NCBI GenBank assembly: GCA_003614675.1
Contig: ML002309.1
Coordinates: forward strand, 1 to 44,278
Length of the DNA: 44,278 nucleotides
Origin: Dimargaris cristalligena
Taxonomy: Eukaryota
Direction: 5' to 3'
In this document: positions 34,924-44,278 of the stretch, in pieces
Layout of the letters: every line of letters begins with the position of its first letter
Numbering within the stretch: position 1 is the first letter of the stretch
The notes under the pieces: generated by a model
Databases searched by the model: none
Told to the model about the DNA's origin: nothing
What the model saw: only the letters and a program-made list of their open reading frames with translations
Translations under genes and position numbers: made by a program

Positions 34924-35245
34924 TCTCCGCTCATTTTATGACGGCCGCCCTCTTGTATTGCGCTACTTAATGGCCATGCGGGTGGACCTATTAACTATTT
35001 TACTAATTGTAAAATTTACCCGGACTGTCTTCCAAGCCCCGAGACAAAATAGTTCGAAGATCAGCGGGCAGGTCATGCGACCTGTCACTACTTACACGTG
35101 CACCCCTTTACTATGGACTACCACTGTAATTCAACTCAGCCAATATTGCCTGTTTACTTACTAATTTAATATTAGTGTATATGTATACCATTGGCCCGAC
35201 CGTTAGTCCCATGTCGAAGGGTCCGGCCGAAACTTGTCCCCCAAT

Positions 35246-35827
35246 ATGCGCTACCCAAACGGCAGCCGACAGCCGGGTGGATCCCATAACACCCGGATAT
35301 CCGAACAGTCTGCTCACCGGCGGGCGCCAAGTAACCACCCGCAGTCGTTTCGGGCGACCAAATACCCGGGCAGCCCTAATCCCAAAACCAACACCAAAAG
35401 CACTTCCACTTCCACTACTGCTTCTACGTCGACGTCGACCACCACCACCACCCACGCCTGGCTGGAGTCTGCTTCTGCTTTCATCGGCCGTGATGAGGAG
35501 CGCGAGCGGTACACCGCAACGGCCGATGAGTTGAACCTAGATCACCCCGGCCCTTCTTGGGGGAGGCAAAAGGGCGGGACTGATCACTCCCAACAGTCCC
35601 GGTTTTTGGATTTAACCAATGGGCCATCATTGGTAGCGTCCCCTTCTCCTACTCCCCCACTGCCTACTTCCCCACCGTTGCAAATTGAGCCGCCCGAGTC
35701 GCCCCACCCGGTAGGCTCGATGCAGCTGTGGTTCAGTCGGATGGTCCGGGGGCTCCTGTTTCCGACCGAGCAATTGCTTTCCCCGCGAACCATCTACATG
35801 GTCAAAATCACCGCCCTAGTCGGCAAG
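35246..35827 (+). CDS. Probable first exon of a membrane protein gene whose downstream exons appear disrupted
   Basis: ATG at 35246; GC-rich low-complexity ORF ends in a hydrophobic stretch (IYMVKITALVGK) at an AAG|GTAGGA donor. Later hydrophobic exon-like pieces at about 36048-36139 and 36320-36605. Confidence 0.5.
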
Positions 35828-36706
35828 GTAGGATAGACAAACATAGCATCAATCACATCCACACACTCATCTTCTCTGTTATGACCCTCCCCCCCCCAAC
35901 ATTGCCACGTCTATACCACACATCCCCCCCCCCTTGGGCATATAACACACTTGGTCTACTCCCAATTTTAACAGCGACATGTCCCCAGGGACCTTTGTAT
36001 GGAATACATTATCCCCTATTGCCCTTCTTTCTACCAACCCTACTATAGATCGCTACCTGCCAATATCCCTGTTTCCCATTCTCTCCCCAGCCAACCATGT
36101 TTTATTCTGCACTTGGTCTGGCCCTCCTTGACCTGTTCAGGTAAGTCGTCCATCCGGGTACATTTTATTATTATTATTTTGCTTATATTGCATTATAAGT
36201 GATCTGTTATTGTATTACTTTACACATTCTACCATTACTTACAATACCCTTGTTCCCTTCCCCCGACTTTTTAGCTGTAGTCCTACGATGCTGACAATTT
36301 TTATTATTATTTTGCATCCATGCTATGCCCTGTACATGTGTGTTAATACGGTTCCCCGGATCCACGATTAACACGGGTAGCCCTTCGTTATTCGTAAGCC
36401 TTTTTCTCGCCATGCTGCACGGGATATGGCTCCAGGTGTGGCTGACATTCGACCGTGTATGTGTGGGGTAGTCGACCGACAACCATACCTGGCATTTTAG
36501 CGACGCATACGTCTGGGAGGGGGATGTCCCTCTATTTACGCGGTGGGAAATTATCATATCTGTTGGTCTAATATATGGTGAACTATACGGTCTGAAAACT
36601 CCATGAGTCGGCCCCGATTAACAAAAAATGACCGAGGCACCTATTTGCAACCTGGTGCTATTTTCTTTTATTCAGATCCCTTCTTCTCTGATACACACAC
36701 TCATAC

Positions 36707-36737
<31 letters not shown>

Positions 36738-39700
36738 TTATGCCTTGATGCAGATGGGAAACCGAATGGACCTAATTAAATGGATTTCCGGAATAACAAA
36801 ATGCCTGGTATGTATGGGCCACCGCTCGCCTCCTATGGTGCGTAAACGTGAACGATAAGGGAGGAGGGAAATATGCATGATTAACGCGGAGTAAACGAAG
36901 TCCATCGGATTTGCGGGAAACCCTGGGTATTTTGAGTATACGTGGCTGCACCAACTGTGAATTCCCTCCACAACTGGGAAGCGTACGCCGAAGGGTGGTG
37001 GCGAGCGGGGGAAAGGATTCTTAATCGTTATTGGACCCCCCCATCCTCCTCCACTTTTATATTTTTTGGCTAAAGGGTAGGATTATTAATATATGGACCT
37101 ATTTCTAACCGCCAATGCAGTAAGGCTGTTTACCACCGTACTATTTTACGCAACCACTATTATTCTAGATATTTATATTGGTATGTATGTGGATGGTAAA
37201 CAGTGGTATTCGTCAGGCTGACTACGTATGGGAATTTGGATAGGCCGGGGTGGGCTACGCCAAACTGTACATCGCACAGCATTGGGGTGATGGGCCAGGG
37301 GCAGGAAAGGCCAGGCAGGACTGGGAAAGATATGTATGTGGAATGGTGCGGCGTTGGATGAAAATTGTTGAGTTAGCCTGAAATAGGGACTGTTATTGTT
37401 GGTATTAGTTAGCCTGTAGCACATTTCTGGAAGGAAATAGATGGACGCTGCCTTTTTCCAAATCAGCGCCATCATCAACAATCCCAAGTGGGTCGGGGAA
37501 CTGGAGAGATTTAATTATTATTAGTGCTATGCTTACTATTATGACTAGTAAAAATAAGATACACCCACTTTTATTAAAATAATCCATCCACCATCTATGA
37601 ATAGGAGTGAATACACATGTACTTACACCATCCACCACGCATGCGGATGTGAATACGCATGCGTAAGGGGTCTACACTGACTGAACCAGGATGGGAATGC
37701 CAGTCACACTCCTATGTTATTCCCTTGGCTGAAATACTATTAATAATAATAGTAGTAGTGATGGATGGGTTACTCTCTACAAAACAACCCTACAGGCAAT
37801 CAGTCATTGGGCCGATTCGGAAAAGGGGTTGCATTCCTCTCGAAGTTCATCTGATTCGGATAATTTCAAATATGAATCAATGGATAGCTAAGTTCTGGTA
37901 TTACACGGCTCAAGGGTTAGGGTTCCCTCTCCGTTGCGTTGCGCAGTGTTAATCCTGCTAAGGAGTTTGCTTGATATGGGCTTGAAGAATAGATAAGTCA
38001 ACAGGCCTGCATCAAAGCTAGAATCAGATCGCTGCGGTACGGAAAAAAGTAAGCCGTTAAGATGAGGGACCACTTCCCTCCACCAAAGCCACAAATAGTT
38101 CATTGTTGACCCAGATGCACATGGAGGTGCGCCGTAAAAAAAGTAATGCCCAAGGTTATATCCGTTGGGTTTACAGGACTATTCGAAATATTCTCCAATG
38201 TATGTATTGCCAACACTTCCTATGCCTGTGTAGGAGAGGGTGCTTCCCTGCAATTTAAGGGATACGCTCAGTAGGGCTATGCCGGCGTAACTTGCACTGC
38301 TGTTTAGGTATCGTACTCTTTGTTGCATTCGAAATGTCCGCTAGTAATCCTACCAATATATATATGGGTGAAATTCAAACCAGCTGTACAAGGTTTTACA
38401 TAATACGTGTATGGGCGAATATATGTGAGAATAGCTTTTAACCAGTAATATTGGTCTCATCCAATGGATTTTTCACTATACAGCCTGAATGAACTTCTCC
38501 CATATGGATTGGTGTTATTATTACTATTACCAGATTTATTATTTGGAAAATTGGACGGGAAGATAGGCGCGAGGGGAATTGGAATCCCCATCAAAGCAGA
38601 AATAGTACGCTGACCGCCGTATAATGAACTAAATGGAGAAAAGGTCAGCCCATCCACCTGACTCTCCACCAACTGGCCACCACAATTCATAAAAAATGAT
38701 GATCATTATTGTTATTGTTAGCCGTAAAGTATTGCGGTTATCATCAGCCATAGCCCAGCGTCACCCACCCTTATTTTATCCGCCTGATCATGTTTCGAGT
38801 GCAGGTTGCAGATAATGTATTGCGCTGGGAGACCTGCTGATCCATCGATTGTACAGAAAGTCTAATGTTCAATGGCACGCCGGGTAAACAATCCGAGAAC
38901 AACCGTTTGGACAGCCGGCAACAGGAGCGGGAGGATGCGTGGGGTGCTTACCAAAGCCATTGCCACAAGGCTTTGAGTCGCAGGGCCACGCGGCCATTCT
39001 TTGGGGGGTGTACTCCACTAGCAGAATTTCCTAGAGTCTACCGAATCAGAAGGGATGCGTTGGGGAATCCAAAGTGGATCCCGTTCAGACTAAACTCAGC
39101 CAGGCATACTTGCGCATTAAGCGCCTTGCATTCTCCATGCCCCCCTATTTAATGGGTCGGTTAGGGGATGGAATAAATAACTAATAAATATATAGAGAGG
39201 TGCGGTCGATAGACTAAGCAGGTCAGAGTTGGGTTTGCCATTATTGTACAAGACCCGCGGTATTCTTTGCATGAACTCGGTGATGGTCGCATATGGACAC
39301 ATAGGTTGGCTGGCACGTATACCCCGTCTCTATGGGAGGGGGGGAATTGAGAGGCAGCCTGGTAGGAAGTTCTTGAGTCTAACTGGCACTGTTTTACCCT
39401 ACCGGCCTCTATCAACGGAACACAGGGAATTCTCCTATGCAGATACATGTAACATCCCCCTCCCCTTCTTTCTTGAAGGCGAGAACCCCACTTGCCTTGG
39501 GACTCGGTTGGCATTGTTGATGGGGGACTCCATGGCCTAATGAGTCACGCCGCGATGCACACCAATGGCGGTAGTAATAATAGTAATTGATGTAGAGATA
39601 GTTGTGACTTGGCAACTCCCTCTCATTCACCCTCTACATTTACCCCTATAGTTTATTATATATCTAGCACGCTGGTTGGGCTGCAACCCCGCTGCTTTTG

Positions 39701-42189
39701 ACCACACTCGGCACAGTCCTTGAAATGGTACACAAGATCGCCCGTGTTTCATTAAATGAGCAGTCACACTGGCATGCAAGTAAAGTGGTAGGGATTGGCA
39801 CTATTTATCTATGCCGCCTAGGAGAAAGGCGGGCCGCGGGAGTCACATACGTTGCTATAAAGGGGGGGAAGGCAAGGGCGAGGGTAGATGTCCCCCCCCT
39901 CATATTGTATTAATGAATGCTTACTAACCCTCTTTTCCCTTTCCTTCCTTTACTCCTCTTTCCTCGCCACGTTTCACTCGACCTAATCTAACCGTAGCCC
40001 GCCGACTTCCTCGATGGGCAGTTGGCCCAATTCTGAAATATAACCCGGTTTTATTAGCCCCATGGACTCCAAACTGCAAGCCCCGCTAACTTTGGGTGCG
40101 GGGGCGGATCCGAGGACTGGGACACCCTCATCATATGCCCACTTGGTCAAGGCAGACTAAGCGGGTGTTTACCTATTTTACTCCAAAGCCAGTGGCCGCC
40201 TTCGCCTCGTATTCCAGAAAATGAGGGGAGGGGGGTCTTAGAGCAGGCTATTCTGAGTTGAAATGGCAGCCAACATGCCGCCTGGCCATTGGCCAAGTAG
40301 CCCCTTATGGCCCTTTCTATAGGAAGGAATTAATCATCTGACCGAGAACGGGGGCCAAGGGCAGGTTAAAAATAGAAAAAACAGTCCTTCCCTCTCTGTC
40401 GTTTGCCTACTATGTCCCCCGAGAATGCTCACACCAGCAGCCCAAACTCTGGCAGATCGACTCGGCCTGATTCACCAAAATAAAGACTACCCAATTAACT
40501 GGTGAGGCTGCGGTCTTGTCATTCCCCCCATCACCTTGCCTTTTCGCTGTTGGGGGGGCATTGTCGATTACTGGACGGATAGGCCGAGCTCGGTTGACCC
40601 GATGACCGGCAATCTCTCTCTCTCTCTCTCCTTCTTCCATGGCCCACGGTGGAAAGGTCCGCCAATGCTGCCAAATATGAACCCAATTCCACACCTACCC
40701 AGGTTTCCCTGTCCGATATTTTGGGGGAAAGTATTGTAAGATGCTAGGGTAAAGGAACGAGGGGTATGCCGGGAAATCGATAAGAAGTATGGGTGAATGT
40801 GTTTCATTCTGAGCTCGTTGCATTAGTGTGGTCTTGGGACACATGCTACCGGAGACCATTCCCAGCGGAGTTGTCCCTATTTCCTGTGGTTATTATTGCT
40901 ATGGCCTAATATCTAGGAAAAATCACCTGGTCGTGCCCAGCCAGACCTAATTATTTATTATTTTTGGGCAATCATCCGAGACATTGCCTATTTCCCAAAA
41001 ATCTATATATGGAGTTGATCATAGTTTGCGCAAACCGGTTCATTTCCATGGACTGTTGCAAAGTAAAGGGAATCAGGGGGGGAGGGAGATACATGCTAGG
41101 GCAATCAGGCAGTTTTCGTATAAATCGGATAGGATCAATTGGTGTATAGAAAAACAAGGAGAGAGGGGTCTTCAATTTGCCGGCCCAAGAACGCCGAACA
41201 AGGCGCGGAAGGAGGGGCGCATACCAACGAAACACATCAGGCGAAACGAACCTCCCTTATTTCCCCGAGTTGCTTGCTGGTTTCGTTTGCCCCTCCTCCC
41301 TCCCTTGCGTTAGTCTTTACATACCACACCGCCACCGATGGACCGGCTCGTCCAAGGATCATCTGGTATGGCTAATTAGCGCGGTAGTACTAATCAGTCC
41401 TCAAGGGTCTCCCCTCAGTGTGTGGCCCATACATTATCTGCTTCCGGTTTCTTCCGTATCCCGTTGTGTGGTCCGAGGCACCACCGACCCCTTAAAATCT
41501 ACCTTCTACAGTGCCACACACACACCCCTTCCTCCCTGCTTTTCCAATCCTTTATTTATATAAAAAAATATGGATAATAAGTATCGAATACATTTGTATG
41601 TACCCCCCCTCCATATTCACTACTAATCCGACTAACCTACCCACCTATTTACTGGTGGGGAGGCGAGCTGCCCTTTGTTTAAAGGTATCCCAAATAAATC
41701 AACTTGCCCGACTGTCTGACGAGTAGGCTAAATCGTAGAGGATAACGGTATGGAGGGAGGTGATTCTTATCATGCACATGACCAGACCCGGGTCACTCAA
41801 ATAGAGACAGTCCTTTACCAATTTTCACTCGCGCATATCTGGATCTTCTATTATTAAAGTAAACCCTTTCTCTGGGCGATTGATTGGCTGTCTACCACCC
41901 CCAGCGCGGCCGTTCGTTTTTCCCTTTCCTCTCCAACTGAGTGGGTCGGAGTCCCCCCCCGCGCCGCATCACGGGATTCTAAGTGTAGTTTTAAACCGGA
42001 GAAGGTGCCGTGATGAATGTGTGTTGGCAGCCCCCGCCCAGATTCATCATCACGTTTACCTGTTTATATGACTAATGACGGGAGGAAGAGGGAAGGATGC
42101 AGGGCGGCCAAGTAAAGATACGAAGGGAGAGAGAGAGGGAGGGGGGCTGATGGGAGAAATTTGGAAACGGAAAGGGTAAAGGGAAGGCA

Positions 42190-42223
<34 letters not shown>
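42190..42223. repeat. (ATGGGT)5 hexanucleotide repeat
   Basis: Read directly from the sequence. Confidence 0.95.
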
Positions 42224-42288
42224 AGAAATATGGGGGGAGGGGCAATCCATTGCCTCGGATAAAATTTCGAAACGCACGAGGCGCACAG

Positions 42289-42372
42289 ATTGGCAGCTTC
42301 GCTGGGGAGACGGGGCTTATAGTATATAACCTGTTTCTCGCAAGGCCTCTCTCATCCACGGGGACTATAAAA
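42289..42372 (+). promoter_or_regulatory. Putative promoter (reverse CCAAT box plus TATAAAA) for a gene whose CDS probably lies beyond the window
   Basis: ATTGG at 42289 and TATAAAA at 42366, followed by an abrupt switch to a strongly C/T-rich plus strand typical of fungal 5' leaders. Confidence 0.35.
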
Positions 42373-44278
42373 GCCCCCACCGTCGCCCCCCTCACCACTT
42401 GGCTTCATTAATCGCTTGAGTTTCAACGTCGGATTAGCTTGGAATATATCGTCCACCTGGTCAGACATTTGCCGCTCCTTCTCTACTGCTCCCTCCCCTC
42501 CCTCCCTCCCTCGATATATTTCGTATCACTTCCTTCTTCGCAATCTCTTTATATCAGCCAGTGGCTTCATACCCCACACGCACACACCACCTCGCCTCCA
42601 TCTCCCAACTTTTATTCCGCCTGCCTCCCTCGCCCTATCCAATCTCGACTGAGCTGTCGTGTCCTCTCATTCCTCCACCTGTTTAGTGTAAGCCCCGTAA
42701 TTATGTTTCCTAGTTTCATTGCGCACTAGTGAAAGGGGCTAGTCCACGTAGCTCTCTAGCTACATCCATATAAGTCTAAACGCCATCGGGCTAGCTCTGG
42801 CTGGCTATGCGTACTCCGCGTGGGGCCGTACTAGTGGAACTATTGGTTCCAGTTGTACCACTTTATGCTCTAGTTGTCCAGTGTAACTGCTACTATAGGA
42901 TGTTTCTTGGGGGTTGTAGTCCCCTCGTTGGTCGAGGGCGTGCACCTCGCTACAACACCCCTTTTTCCTCAATCCCCCCCTTTATTTTTGGGTTGCCAGT
43001 CACATACTGCTATGGGAACGCCACACTTGCCTAATTTGGCAGTTTAGCGCATCCCATCAGGGTAATTTGCCGCTATTTCGGGGATACCATTTGGTTTGGT
43101 CCAAGTTCACACTTATTGATGGTTCGTTCACTACCGCCGACCAGCCTTCCTTACCCCGCGGACGAATAAGGCCTGCATGGGTGAATAACACTGCCATTCC
43201 GATTAGTATGCCTTATTAGACCACCTATTGACTGACCTATACCATATATTTCACTTCAACTATGATGTATCCCTTCACTAAACCACCACCACTCCCCTCG
43301 GGCATTATATTTTCAAATATAATATGATTCATTAGAACTACTTACTCCCTTCCCATCCCCGTAAACCAAATATACCGCCTATACTACCAGCATCCTGGGG
43401 TGAAACAATCATCGCAGCTGCGCCCAATTCCTTCCACCTCCGAACTTGAATATCATTTGACCCCGCACTTATAAAGTATATCACAGGGTTTTGGGACTGC
43501 GCCAGAAACCAGGATTATATTATCCCACTGACCAATAGCTCGGAACGTCACTGTGACTAAAGTGCGAGTCATATTATTATCCGATCTCTACCCACTGTCC
43601 GCTTCAATCCCCTCTCTCCCCAGTCTTCGGCCCTGGTGACCATTTTCAATAATTTTATATCATTCTCCCCTTTTGTTTCGCTCAGCTCGAATCGCATTTC
43701 CAGTCGCATTCCAGCCACTTCCTTTCAGTTGGTCGTATAAATCATCCCTTGGCCCCGTTCCCTTTTTTATATTTACAAACCTCTTAATCCTCCCCACATT
43801 ATTTTTGTATTCAATCCCTTTTTACTACGTTTTTTCCTGGCTACGGTGTTGTACCGGCGCCCCCATACTCTCTGTATTATTTTCTTGGTACGCGTGTTAC
43901 TTTGGAAACACCCGTCAGCTCCCTTGATTTAAACTGACGGCACTTTGCCCTTAGTGCGTAGGTCCTGCGAAGTAATATTTCGTTCTTGAGCATCAATCCG
44001 ATTGCTTATTCTTTATTCCCCATATTTGGCTTTTCCTTTTGATTTTTCCGCATTTTCCTTCTCTTCCCCCACCCCTCCCAACCTACTCCCCACATTCCTT
44101 CTTGCTCGTGGAGCCCCTGGCCATACTATCCTGCTTAGGGCCAATTTAATGTATCAACACGCCCTCAAAGGCTGCGTCCGTCCTCGTCTTACCCTTGTCA
44201 ACACGCTGCGCCGCCCCCAGTCGGCGTTGCGTGGCGTCTTCCGTAATTCCCCGTCTATTTGGACTCCTACTAGCAGCA

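Noticed and set aside
42072-42411. ORFs containing MGMGMG, PIPIPI or YPYPYP repeats
   Set aside because: Artefacts of the (ATGGGT)n microsatellite.

Overview
Eukaryotic, intron-poor fungal DNA. Gene content and style suggest an early-diverging (zygomycete-grade) fungus, plausibly Zoopagomycota/Dimargaris-like; this taxonomy is inference only. Intact recognisable genes: DJ-1/PfpI family protein (-), EI24 (-), RFWD3-like RING-WD40 E3 ligase (+) and an IKS1-family kinase (+). Also present are a small secreted Kex2-type precursor (+), a two-TM Pro/Ser-rich protein (-) and an acidic-tailed orphan (-). A 511-aa two-C2-domain protein (+) resembles the N-terminal half of the centriole protein C2CD3. 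A CARM1/PRMT4 orthologue is disabled as assembled by one nonsense codon and two frameshifting deletions, one removing most of the THW loop. Several other decayed gene remnants are visible: a duplicated pair at 0.7-1.7 kb and 4.75-5.6 kb, a multi-TM relic at 19-21 kb, a possible adenylation-domain relic at 21.7-22.4 kb and a broken membrane-protein gene at 35.2-36.6 kb. No tRNA, rRNA or CRISPR feature could be supported. All homology calls come from remembered motifs, not from searches.
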